This document shows, piece by piece, positions 37,184 to 49,521 of a stretch of 64,000 nucleotides of DNA (position 1 is the first letter of the stretch; every line of letters starts with the position of its first letter). The position numbers and the translations under genes are program-made. The notes under the pieces are model-generated. The model was not told the origin of the DNA and searched no databases. It saw only the letters and a list, made by a program, of their open reading frames with translations. The stretch comes from Octopus bimaculoides (Eukaryota), in assembly GCF_001194135.2 (NCBI RefSeq), contig NC_068998.1:50941288-51005287 (forward strand), written 5' to 3'.

Positions 37184-37355
37184 AGATGGTAAGCTGGCAA
37201 AAACTTTAGCACGCCGGACGAAATGCTTAGAGGTATCTCGTCCATCTTCACGTTCCGAGTTCAAATTCCGCCAAGATCGACTTTGACTTTCATCGTTTCG
37301 GGGTCGATAAAATAAGTACTGAAATTGCTAGCCTAGTGCCAAAATCTGAAACCAA
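37184..37355 (+). mobile_element. SINE family A, head-to-head with the previous copy
   Basis: agctggcaaaaactttagcacgccggacgaaatgc...gagttcaaattccgccaagatcgac. Confidence 0.9.
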
Positions 37356-37924
37356 TACCAGCAGAAGATTATAATTGTATAGTTATGGGAGCAATTGATG
37401 TCGAGGGTAGCGGTGGTGGTTCATTCGAGATAGGTGATATTTGTAGTCACACTTCAGTTATTGAAACAGAAAGGTCAGTTTAGAAACGGACATAACATTT
37501 CTGTGTTTAGAGGATTGTGTTGTGGCCATGATACTTTCGACCCTTCTAAATCCGAGGAAATTGGAGAATGATGTTGCTATTATTTCTCTTGCTCCTTTGC
37601 AAATCAAAGTATGTAGGAAAACATGAGCTGGGAGGAAATTTCAGAAGACCAACGTCTTAGGAAGGAAGGAAGCAAGGGCTGAGTGTAGTGAGTAACGCGG
37701 TGCCGATGCTGGGGTTGGTCACAGCAAGGGTGATGAGAGAAGGAGTGACTAATAGAATGGAAATGACAGAATGGAAATCGTATGAGTCCAATCAGCTTCG
37801 AGTACCAGGAGAGGCATGAAATAAGAGCTGATACAGATATCCGCCCCCCCCCCAACCCAAGGAGCATTGCTAAATTTTAGTCATCATAAGAAGAAAAGAA
37901 AAAAAACTGGACCTGTTCACTGAG

Positions 37925-38040
37925 CAGACAGTTCCTGGAGCTTGTAACTGCTTGGAGTCCTGAGGTCGGTGTCTTCGACTAAAACCCCGTTAAGGAGGTG
38001 CTCCAGCATAGCCGTAGTCAAATGACTGCAAGAAGTAAAA
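37925..38040 (+). mobile_element. SINE family B tail
   Basis: gtcctgaggtcggtgtcttcgactaaaac...ggtgctccagcatagccgtagtcaaatgactg. Confidence 0.8.
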
Positions 38041-38821
38041 AAAAAAAAGAATATGCATACATACATACATACATCCATACATACATACATACATACATAT
38101 ATACATACATAAATAAATACATTTATATCGACACACAAAGAAGGTCCGCCAGTTACACAATACGCCCTTCTCCAGAGGTTTTATATGCATTTTCCCAGAA
38201 GACTCTTCTTCTACGTAATAATAGCAAATACGGTTGTCCAGTTGGATGACGTCATCAAAATTATTCATAGCATCGTTTAAAGATGTTACAGGTGGTGGTA
38301 GTGGTGGTGATGGTGGTGGTGATGGTGGGGGTTATGTTTTGATAGGAGATAACAGCATCAAGTGTATTCTTTCTTTAATTTGCTGAAACTCAGAACAAAG
38401 CTCTGTATGTATCTTCTTGACTTCGTGTGTGCTCGTGCGTCTACGTATATTATATGCTTGTATATATGTAGGTATGCATATATGCTAGTGTATATATATA
38501 TATATATATATATATNNNNNNNNNNNNNNNNNNNNNNNNNNNNNNNNNNNNNNNNNNNNNNNNNNNNNNNNNNNNNNNNNNNNNNNNNNNNNNNNNNNNN
38601 NNNNNNNNNNNNNNNNNNNNNNNNNNNNNNNNNNNNNNNNNNNNNNNNNNNNNNNNNNNNNNNNNNNNNNNNNNNNNNNNNNNNNNNNNNNNNNNNNNNN
38701 NNNNNNNTATATATTTATATATATATATTTATATATATATATATATACATACACATGAGTATCCTCTTTTACTCTTCAGTCGTTTCCGCCATGCAGCTGC
38801 GGTCATGCTGGAGCACCGCTG

Positions 38822-39760
38822 TAGTCTTTCTGATTTCGTCAGTGTCGGGTGTTTCACATCACCACTCCCGTATGTGCCTTTGTCACAGCTGTTGGCTCAT
38901 TTGGTGAATAAGCGAGTTCGATTCCACTGCCCTCGTCTGCGCTACATGTTAGGCTGTTGGTTCATCCGGTATTGTGGAGAGTAGGATGTCTAGTTCCTTT
39001 TTGAAGATATCTACTTCCACTTCATGCAGATTTCTTAATTTTTGTAGCAGGGTATTGAAAAGCTGTGGGCCTTTGAACCCTCGACTATTGCAGTACTTGA
39101 TCCTAAATTTAGATGGAGTGGATGGTACCTTTAGTATGATATAACGACGGTCAGTTTTGGGATTTGTATAACACTCGATGTCAAAATTAGGTACCAGCCC
39201 TTCTAGAGTTTTCCAGATGTAGATTATTGAATATCTGTCACGTCTTCGCTCCAGGGAGTAAATTTTCAGTTTTCTCAGCCTGTCAACTGTAGCTCATCCG
39301 CTGCTCTGCTTCAATATTTTTAACGTAGTGGCGTTGGACTGTTTCAAGCTCCGCTGTTGGTTTGGCACTATGTGGTGATCATAACTGTAAGCAGTAGTCC
39401 AGGCAGCTGAGAACGAAGGTTCTCCACAGGGTCAACATAGTTTCTTATTCTCTTGTCTTGAAGGATCTCAGTATCCATCCTGCCAGTTGTCTGTACTTTG
39501 CTGCCATCTTGGTAATGTGCATATAAAAGGATGCGCCATTCCACATACTGATCCCCAAGTCTTTCACTGCCCGTAACTCTGGGATTGTAGTGCCTTCGGG
39601 TCCTATTTTTTATTGCCTGTGATAATTTTGTTTCATCGACATAGCTAGTGACATTGACTGTCCCAGTGACCGTGAGCATGTCCGAGAGGGCTATTATGAA
39701 CAGTAATGGCCCCAGAACAGTTCCCTGGGGACGCCACTTAGGATTTGAGTTCACAAGGAT
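38822..39760 (-). mobile_element. CR1-clade LINE, 3' fragment (RT domain to ORF2 end)
   Basis: PQGTVLGPLLFIIALSDM...TSYVDETK (RT motifs PQG.VLGP.LF and YADD-like); downstream ELEAVQR, KIYSLERRRDRY.IIYIWKTLEGLV and FKKELD.LL.TIPDEP are typical CR1-like ORF2 C-terminal motifs. Frameshifted. Confidence 0.85.
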
Positions 39761-40247
39761 GGTCGGAGTCCAATGACTAAATCAAGTAACAATTAGAAAA
39801 TACACACACGCACACAGATACACATACACACGCACACATACACAGAGACACATACACACACGCATGTATGTATGTATGTATGTATGTATGTGTGAGTGGG
39901 TGTGAGTTGGCCGTGTCAATTTACACATCATTGTATATAGAAAGGTTTGTATATATGTAAACACTGTGGATACAACTTACAACAATAGTTACCAGTGTTT
40001 TAAAAATATTTTGAAGTAACTTGCCAGATCATAAAAAAATGCGGAATGGCATGAGGCAAGATTTCGTTTCGGCATGTTGCTACACCTTTCTTCTCTCATT
40101 CAGACTTTCGCCCTTTTCTCATTATTGTTGATAAACAGGAAGACATAGATGCAAGGTTCTGTGTTTAAAATATTTGTTTACATACGCACACACACACAAA
40201 CGTATGTATACATAAATACGTATGCATATATACATACATATGTATGT

Positions 40248-40293
<46 letters not shown>

Positions 40294-41206
40294 NNNNNNN
40301 NNNNNNNTATACATATATACATATATTATCATATGGAGATGCATACACGCCTATACATTTGCCTGTGTGAATGACCCTGTTCACGTGCGTTCGTGTGGGC
40401 CTTTGTCTGCCAGCTCACCTTTAATTTGACGTTAACAAGATGACTAATACCCATCAGTTGAGTTATGCAAATACGTCAGCAGCAATGACCTCTCACCTCT
40501 GATCATACAATAGACGATCTGTTTCTTTGAAAAAAGATGTAATCTAAATCTGAACCCACTCATCCACCCGTGAAATAGGTATTTCGCGGGATCAAATCTA
40601 CACTGCACGTGCTTCCGTATGTTTCTCAGTAGGACATATATATCTGCGTTCATAAGTTTACTTAACAGTCGGAATCCTCCACAGGTTTTCTCAGATAAGA
40701 ATCTTGTCCATGGTTATCTCTTTCATCTCTGTAGCAGTCGAGAAGCTCATGTTAAGTAACTAGTATCATAAACCGATTCCGTAGACGTATTCTATCGACA
40801 TGCTAAACTGTTGCTAAGATTAATCTGTATTTCGTAAGATTTCTGGCGACCTTGCCATATTATTGTTAACATATCTGTTTGTTTTTGTACGTCTGCATGT
40901 CTATATGTGTGTGCGAATATATCTGTATGAATGAATGCACGCACGGTTGAATGTGTGTATTGTATGTGAGTACGCATGTATGTATATATGAATATATATC
41001 TATAAATACACGTACACGCATACACACACATATACATGCACACGCACATACATACATACATACATACATACATACATACATACATACATAGTAAAGCTCT
41101 CCAGAAGTTTATCATTTAAATATATATGAACATGTATAGATATGCAACTATATGCATGAGAATCCATCCATCCATCCATCCATCCATCCATCCATCCATC
41201 CATCCA

Positions 41207-41490
41207 TCAGTCATTTGACTACGGCCATGCTGGAGCAACGTCTTTAAAGGGTCTTTAAGTCGAAGAAATTGACGCTAAGCTTTTTCTGTGTAAGCTTAGT
41301 ACTTATTTTATCGGTTCTTTTTTTTGCCGAACTGCTAGGTTGTGTGGACGTAAACACATCAACATCGGTTGTCAAGCGATTGTGTGTGTGTGTGGGGGGG
41401 GGGAGGAGCACAGACACAAAGGTACACACACATATGTATACATACATATATACGGACAACGGATTTCTTTCAGTTTCCGCCTACCAAATC
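41207..41490 (-). mobile_element. SINE family B
   Basis: cagtcatttgactacggccatgctggagc...ggatttctttcagtttccgcctaccaaatc, ending at a gap. Confidence 0.85.
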
Positions 41491-42051
41491 TNNNNNNNNN
41501 NNNNNNNNNNNNNNNNNNNNNNNNNNNNNNNNNNNNNNNNNNNNNNNNNNNNNNNNNNNNNNNNNNNNNNNNNNNNNNNNNNNNNNNNNNNNNNNNNNNN
41601 NNNNNNNNNNNNNNNNNNNNNNNNNNNNNNNNNNNNNNNNNNNNNNNNNNNNNNNNNNNNNNNNNNNNNNNNNNNNNNNNNNNNNNNNNNNNNNNNNNNN
41701 NNNNNNNNNNNNNNNNNNNNNNNNNNNNNNNNNNNNNNNNNNNNNNNNNNNNNNNNNNNNNNNNNNNNNNNNNNNNNNNNNNNNNNNNNNNNNNNNNNNN
41801 NNNNNNNNNNNNNNNNNNNNNNNNNNNNNNNNNNNNNNNNNNNNNNNNNNNNNNNNNNTCTATAGATTGTCTACATTTCAGTTGTAGAGTACATGTTCAG
41901 ATTCCGCAAAAAGAAATCAAGAACACAAGAAAACGACAAAGAATTCACAAACAAACAAACAAAAGCAGTATATGTTATATGAAAAATTGTTAAAATGTGA
42001 CATCGTTTTCTCTGATAAGCTTCAGGAGATCCGGTTTTCATTGCAAAAGAA

Positions 42052-42114
<63 letters not shown>
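42052..42114. repeat. (AAT)n microsatellite
   Basis: Direct reading. Confidence 0.95.
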
Positions 42115-42115
<1 letters not shown>

Positions 42116-43106
42116 GTACTAAGAAGATTTACGAAGTTACCTTAGCTTTTAGATTTTCATCAGTACCAAGTAGTAAATTTTTTTTGCATTATAATTCCAG
42201 AAGCAAAGAAAAAAGAGAAAATGAGAAAGAGAAAGAAAAGAAGAAAATAAAATCTGATTCACGCAGGTAATATTTACCTAGTTTCTAAAAATAACTTGAT
42301 AATTCTCAGTTTCAGACATAGCAAAAAAATTGTTTATTTCGTCAAGAATTAATCTCCATTCTCTGATTCTTTTAAATTTTTATAGCGTATCAAATATTTA
42401 TGTTTTTAATCTTAGAGTCGGCTTGGAAAGCAGCGCTTATAACTTTTTAAAGGAGTTCTTAGACTGGTGAAAGGGAGGACCGCATTTCTTTGGCCAGAAT
42501 GCTTGCAACACTGTAGTCTCCTCTAAAGGTACTCTGAAATGTCAGGCAGCCGATTAAGTCTACCGCCCATAAACACCAGAAGACAAAGAACCGGAGAAAA
42601 ATACTATAAGGCGGATACCGAAGGACCAATCTTGCGATCATGAACGTAACACCCTAACCACTAAGCTACCCGTCTCTACAGAAATGAAAGCTAAAAAAAG
42701 GGTTCTTTCCGTGCGGCCCGGTACCAAATGATCTACGGCCTGGCAGTAGGCGTTTTCTACTGCATGGTATCCTTGCTTCACATTCTTGCAGATCCGCAAC
42801 TCCAACACCCAGTAATGGTTTTTTCTTTTATCGTAAAAAAGTTAAATCTCGGCAAGACTAGAAACCAGAACGCAGAGAGTCAGATCCATACTGCAAAGCA
42901 TTCTACCCGATGCTCTAACGACACGGCCAACAGTGCCATCTTAAGGTATACGCACACTGAGAAGTTACCCAGGGGTCTCACGGGTCTAGAAACTAATTTT
43001 TAACGGTGTATACAGTGACTTACTGTCAATAAATATTGATTTACCCAGAGACCTATAATGCTGTTAGGAAGGTACTGGCTACCAATTCGCTGCCTATTTA
43101 TTGCTG

Positions 43107-43159
<53 letters not shown>

Positions 43160-43719
43160 CACACACACATATACATGCATACAAATATACATATATGTGT
43201 GTGTGTATGTATATACATATACATTTATATATGTGTGTGTGTATATATACATATATGCATACACACACACATATACGTATATATACAGAGAGAAAGTGAG
43301 ATACATATATACGTAGATAGAAGGAGAGAGAAAGAAATAGATGTACATACATACATGTATCGATTAACTAATGTACGTATAAACGTATGCATGTATGTAT
43401 GTATGTATGCATGTATGCATGTAAATTGTATGTACGTGTAACGGGAGGTTATACGATAACAGTCATCTCCTAAAAAAACATTGTTGATTGAAGTAAATGA
43501 AATGAAAGAACGTGCCTGGATCTTGAAACTGAATCCGCCGAGTAAATTCTGTTCGTTTTGAGTCAAGCCTAAACATCACTGCTCGTTTCGTCTCTCCTTA
43601 CATATATTAACTCACATACGTATCTTATTTGCATGTTTACAAACAGGCGAGTGACATATTAATGTCAATATATGAATGATATTTAGACATTTTTTTATGT
43701 TAATGTATGAATTATTTTA

Positions 43720-43925
43720 TGCGGTGAGCTGGCAGAAGCGTTAGCACGCCGGGCGAAATGCTTAGCGGTATTTCGTCTGTCTTTATGTTCTGAGTTCAAA
43801 TTCCGCCGATGTAGACTTTGCCTTTCATCCTTTCAGGGTCGATAAATTAAGTATCAGTTGCGAACTGGGGTCGATCAAATCAACTGGCCCCTCCTCCGTG
43901 TGCCTTGTGCCTAGAGTAGAAAAAA
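43720..43925 (+). mobile_element. SINE family A, full length, A1 tail
   Basis: gcggtgagctggcagaagcgttagcacgcc...gagttcaaattccgcc...gccttgtgcctagagtagaaaaaa. Confidence 0.92.
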
Positions 43926-43940
43926 ATATGTGTTAGCCAA

Positions 43941-44136
43941 AAGGCGGCGAGCTGGCAGAATCGTTAGCACGCCGGGTGAAATGCTTCGCGGTATTTCGTC
44001 TGGAGTTACGTTCTGAGTTCAAATTCCGCCGAGATCGACTTACATACCAGATACGTACTGGGGTCGATGTAATTGACTCAATCCCTTTGTCAGTCCATGT
44101 TTAGCCCCCCGCCCACTGTGGGTAATAAAGAAATAA
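43941..44136 (+). mobile_element. SINE family A, A2 tail
   Basis: Same head; tail caatccctttgtcagtccatgtttagcccc...tgtgggtaataaagaaata. Confidence 0.9.
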
Positions 44137-44581
44137 ATATATGAATTATACACATATCTAAACATATCAATACTATTTGAACTATGTTTTATGGGAACTT
44201 TTTGACTTTAGTTCTCTTAGTGGTCTCAGTCATTTGACTGCTGTCATCCTGGGGCGCCACATTCAAGGATTTCATTGAATTACATCGATTCTATTATCTA
44301 TTGTATCGATCTTTTATCCATCTCAGAATGATGAAATGTTAAGATAATCTGAGGAAGCTTTAAATCAGGACACAAGCGGGTGTTTCTATAATTCGACCAA
44401 TGGTATCTTTATGCTAATGAATGACTGATGACATTTAAATATTTCTGTTAATGTATGAATCAGAATTTCTCAACAGAGATTATTTTAATTTATGAATGAT
44501 ACTAAAATAAACTGTTTTGTTTTATATATGTTAATGTATGACTAACTGTTAAATATCTTTTTATATATTTATACAGGAATG

Positions 44582-44623
<42 letters not shown>

Positions 44624-44664
44624 CCTCAATAAAAAAGGATGTGGTTCCACATCAGTAACACTTC

Positions 44665-44810
44665 TACTGGCAGAATCGTTAGCACACCGGGCGAAATGCT
44701 TAGCGGTATTTCGTCTGCCGTTACGTTCTGAGTTCAAATTCCGCTGAGGTCATCCTTTCGAAATCAATGAAAAAAAGAAAAAGAGCCAGTTGAGCACAGA
44801 GATCGAGATA
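44665..44810 (+). mobile_element. SINE family A, partial
   Basis: ctggcagaatcgttagcacaccgggcgaaatgc...gagttcaaattccgctgaggtc. Confidence 0.85.
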
Positions 44811-44879
44811 ACCGACAAGATACTGGTTTTAGTCATTTGACTGCTGTCATGCTGGAGTACTAGGACTTATATATACTGT

Positions 44880-45040
44880 ACAGGCGCAACGAAGCTGTGT
44901 GGCAAGAAGCTTGCTTACCAACCACATGATTCCGGGTTCAGTCCCACTGCGTAGTGTCTTGGGCAAGTGTCTTCTACTTTAGCCTCGGGCCAACCAAAGC
45001 CTTGTGTGGTAGACGGAAACTGAAAGAAGCCCGTCGTGTA

Positions 45041-45113
<73 letters not shown>

Positions 45114-45318
45114 TTGTCTGTTTGTGTTCGTCCCCCCACCATCACTTGACAACCGATGTTGGTGTATTTAGTCTTCCTAACTTAGCGGTTCGGTAAAAGA
45201 CACCTATAGTATAAGTACTAGGCATACAAAGAATAAGTTCTGAGGTCGATTTGTTCGACTAAAGGCGGTGCTTCAGCATGGCCGCAGTCAAATGACTGAA
45301 ACAAGTAAAAGAATAAAA
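44880..45318 (+). mobile_element. SINE family B, full length (tRNA head, CORE-like motif, internal TA microsatellite, 3' tail)
   Basis: gctgtgtggcaagaagcttgc / gggttcagtccc / cttgggcaagtgtctt / ggtagacggaaactgaaagaagcccgtcg / catggccgcagtcaaatgactgaaacaagtaaaagaataaaaga. Recalls the octopus OR-type CORE-SINEs (inference). Confidence 0.92.
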
Positions 45319-46242
45319 GAATTAAAATATGATGTTATGACATCGTAAATTTAAAGCAAAAAATAAAGGGGTTATTAATAATTGAAACCCCTTCGGGACT
45401 CATAGCTAACATTGTACTTGTCTTTAACCAAGCAGGCAAGGGAGACATCTTTGAACGTTTATGTCTATTGGACTTCGTCATTTTTTACCAGAACTGAGGC
45501 AATTATTTATGTGAAATAAAATGTTCTTAATACGTTTAGAGTGTCATAGAGGAAATTAATTGATGTTTAATTAAGTTATTAAAATGTTGTTAATCAATGA
45601 ATAATATTGATCTTTTTCTTTTCCTAATTATACAAATAATATTCTTCCTCTTAAGTTTTGTTACAACTCTTCACATTAACTCTATAAACACTGACTTCAC
45701 TGTCCTAGTGGGTCAGCAACGTAGACAGTCACCCGAAATTATGTGAGAAATATCCTACATGTAATTAATTATCACAAGATCATTAGTCAACGGCTGTTAT
45801 TGATTTTCTTTTCTTCTTAACTAGATAATTAAATCCTCCTAGTTAGCTTCTTTTTTTCGCTGTACCATACATTAAACATCTAATTACGAATATCAAGAGT
45901 TAAGAATTCAAAGAAGTAGAGCGGGGTTTCGCATGCATTTTCATTCAGCGAAGCCCTTCGTCCTGTCCGTTAGTGCAACCGTACCCGTTCGTCGTATCCA
46001 GCAGTGCTGCTTTACCTCTCCGTTCTGATAGGCAGTGTTGGTGTACTCTGTCGTCATATCCGGTCATGTTGGGGAGAGAGAGAGATATATATAGAGAGAG
46101 ATAGAGATAGATATATATATNNNNNNNNNNNNNNNNNNNNNNNNNNNNNNNNNNNNNNNNNNNNNNNNNNNNNNNNNNNNNNNNNNNNNNNNNNNNNNNN
46201 NNNNNNNNNNNNNNNNNNNNNNNNNNNNNNNNNNNNNNNNNG

Positions 46243-46380
46243 GTTGTTTGGTAAGAATATTGCTTTCTAACCATAGGGCATCGGGTTCAAACACATTGCA
46301 TGGCACCTTGGGCAAATATCTTCAGCTATAGCCTCGGGCCGATCAAAGCCTTCAAAGAGGATTTGGTTGACGAAAATTCA
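46243..46380 (+). mobile_element. SINE family B, 5' half
   Basis: gggttcaaacac...caccttgggcaaatatcttc...gcctcgggccgatcaaagcc. Confidence 0.8.
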
Positions 46381-46494
46381 TAGATGTACCTTTTGAATTA
46401 CAGATACAATTTGTTTGACAGGATTCTATATAGTTTCCATCTATCCACCTGAACTCACAAGGTACGGATTAAACCCAGGCAATAGTAACTCTTT

Positions 46495-46685
46495 TCTGAA
46501 ATTTTGAAGGAGGGATGGTCTTAGTCAATTACAGCGACCCCAGTGTTCAGCTGGTACAAATTTTATCTAGTCCTAAAGGATAAAAGCTAACTCTGATCTT
46601 GGGTGGCATTTGAATTTAGAAACGTAAAGACAGACTAGCAGCCACTAAGTATTTTGTCCGGATTAATAACGATTCTACCAGATCG
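46495..46685 (-). mobile_element. SINE family A, degenerate
   Basis: gaccccagtgttcagctggtac...catttgaatttagaaacgtaaagacag...aacgattctaccag. Confidence 0.75.
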
Positions 46686-46800
46686 CTTCGTTCGACGCTA
46701 TGGTAAATAACTTTTTTTTATGTTGTCACGCAGAATTTGTGATCGATCCGGAGACCACGTGGTTACGAAGCAAACTTCCTAGCCAATCGGCCATACTACA

Positions 46801-46902
<102 letters not shown>

Positions 46903-47065
46903 TGTAATGTGTGTCATAGTTTGCAATACACTGTATATTGACTTCCGGTAAACACTGCACCAAGTTTTACTTATCTGTCAATCTCACGTTCTATTCTTCC
47001 GCTATTCGAGCTCCCTGTACACACATAGTTGCACTCACACACACGCGCGCGCGCACACACACACA

Positions 47066-47103
<38 letters not shown>

Positions 47104-47400
47104 CATCCTCCACGCCAACCACACACGTGTGTGCTAGTTTTTGTGTGTGTGTGTGAGGTTACGTGTGAGTTTGTGTGCATGTGTGTGTGTTAATATGTAT
47201 GTGTGTATGTGTGTGTGTTGTATTGTAGCAGAGTAGCTACCATAAATCAAAGAGACATGTTTGCTTGAGTTATTTAATCAGTTATCCGAGAGAAAGGTGG
47301 GTCAGCTGTCCAAATACAAGGGAGCAATTATCTTGGTGTGGAGGAGCGTCGGATAACTCATGGCAAAGTTATCGAAGACAACCAGGTTCTGTTGTGTATG

Positions 47401-47438
<38 letters not shown>

Positions 47439-47771
47439 ACACTCACACAGACGCGCGCACACGCACACACACACATATACACACACAAATACATACATGC
47501 ATATATATATNNNNNNNNNNNNNNNNNNNNNNNNNNNNNNNNNNNNNNNNNNNNNNNNNNNNNNNNNNNNNNNNNNNNNNNNNNNNNNNNNNNNNNNNNN
47601 NNNNNNNNNNNNNNNNNNNNNNNNNNNNNNNNNNNNNNNNNNCACACATACGTACATGTATACAAACATAACTATTGTAATTTCATTAAATAGAGAAGAA
47701 AAGATACTGCTACTACTACGACCACTGCCACCACCGCCGCCTCCGCCGGTGCCGCTGCTGCCGCCACCCAC

Positions 47772-47903
47772 CTAGAGACCCTGGCGCAACCGAAGGAGGA
47801 CATCAATAGAGAAATCAGAGAAGTGGGGTCTGAAACTCTTGATGGTGTTATGGTGCAAGTTTTGGAAAGAGCACAGCCGAAAATGGGCGCTTGCACGATT
47901 GGT
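47772..47903 (+). pseudogene. Tc1/mariner-superfamily transposase C-terminal fragment
   Basis: LETLAQPKEDINREIREVGSETLDGVMVQVLERAQ / AENGRLHD fits the terminal pattern P.TL..LK..I..EI..I..E.L..VM....R....G.HL of DD37E/DD41D-like transposases (from recall). Confidence 0.55.
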
Positions 47904-49035
47904 AATGTTTGAAGATACTCCTAGTGTGTCAGTTGTAATGTAATGTATCTTGGAAGAGAGACGTAAAAGTTCACAGTTCAACTTCCCGATAGTGTAGATG
48001 TTAGTCCATAAGTCCTTAGGTGCAAATCTTGTGTAAGTCCATGTAGGGTTATAGCGTTAATAGTGTGTCAGTTGTAATGATTCTTGGATGAGAGAGGACA
48101 AAGGTAGGTTAATGGATGCACAGGATGAAGAAGGGAAAGGAGGTGATGGTGGTGGTGGTTGTGGTGGAGGTAGAGGAGACGGAGGAGGAGGGAGATCAAG
48201 AAGACAAGATTTCGGTAAATGTTGATTCTATGTGAACCATTTGTAGAAACTACGAAAAGAAATGGTTTTCGCAGACAGTGTTATTTCTTTTGACTTTGTT
48301 GTTGCATACGTACATACATACATACATACATACATAATACATACGTACTTAAATACTCACATACATATATACATACTTACATATATACATATATACATAT
48401 ANNNNNNNNNNNNNNNNNNNNNNNNNNNNNNNNNNNNNNNNNNNNNNNNNNNNNNNNNNNNNNNNNNNNNNNNNNNNNNNNNNNNNNNNNNNNNNNNNNN
48501 NNNNNNNNNNNNNNNNNNNNNNNNNNNNNNNNNNNNNNNNNNNNNNNNNNNNNNNNNNNNNNNNNNNNNNNNNNNNNNNNNNNNNNNNNNNNNNNNNNNN
48601 NNNNNNNNNNNNNNNNNNNNNNNNNNNNNNNNNNNNNNNNNNNNNNNNNNNNNNNNNNNNNNNNNNNNNNNNNNNNNNNNNNNNNNNNNNNNNNNNNNNN
48701 NNNNNNNNNNNNNNNNNNNNNNNNNNNNNNNNNNNNNNNNNNNNNNNNNNNNNNNNNNNNNNNNNNNNNNNNNNNNNNNNNNNNNNNNNNNNNNNNNNNN
48801 NNNNNNNNNNNNNNNNNNNNNNNNNNNNNNNNNNNNNNNNNNNNNNNNNNNNNNNNNNNNNNNNNNNNNNNNNNNNNNNNNNNNNNNNNNNNNNNNNNNN
48901 NGTATGTACGAATATGTATACACTCACACACACATGCATATATATATATATATGTATATATACAAGCATACATATATACACAGACACACACACATATATA
49001 TATATGTATATATGTATGTATGCATTTGTGTGTGT

Positions 49036-49083
<48 letters not shown>

Positions 49084-49317
49084 CTGTGCATGCGTATAAA
49101 GCAGGGGTTTCATTGATGTCAAAGTTTTTCAGTGTTGCGTGGCTGAGTATCTCTGTTTCGTAACCCCATGCCCTCTACATTAACTAGCTCTAGAATCCTT
49201 TATGTGTCTCTTATATAAACAAGCCCATGTTTACATATATGCAAATATCTCACAAAAGCACACACTCGCACGCTGAAATATATACACCTTCCACGTGCCG
49301 ACGAATGAGCCTTTACC

Positions 49318-49481
49318 TGGTAGCTCGGTAAGCTAGAAATACTAATCAAATTTCGCCCAAGCTGTACCCTTCGATATGTGTTTTTTTAAAAACAAAGCAA
49401 AATGGCTAATGCAGTCCTTGATGAGGTCAAATGTAAATAATGTAAATAATGTACATAATTCTTCATCTCTTAAATATAGAA

Positions 49482-49484
<3 letters not shown>
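49318..49484 (-). repeat. Family E remnant joined to the end of another repeat
   Basis: gctagaaatactaatcaaatttcgccc matches family E; the segment aatgtaaataatgtaaataatgtacataattcttcatctcttaaatatagaactgta abuts (TA)n. Confidence 0.4.

Positions 49485-49521
<37 letters not shown>

Noticed and set aside
40054-40075. aggcaagat resembling the miR-31/72 5' end
   Set aside because: Only 9 nt match; the rest of the mature sequence and a hairpin are absent. No conserved miRNA was recognised in the window.
43720-43810. SINE heads as tRNA genes
   Set aside because: They have A/B boxes but no complete cloverleaf and run straight into SINE bodies.
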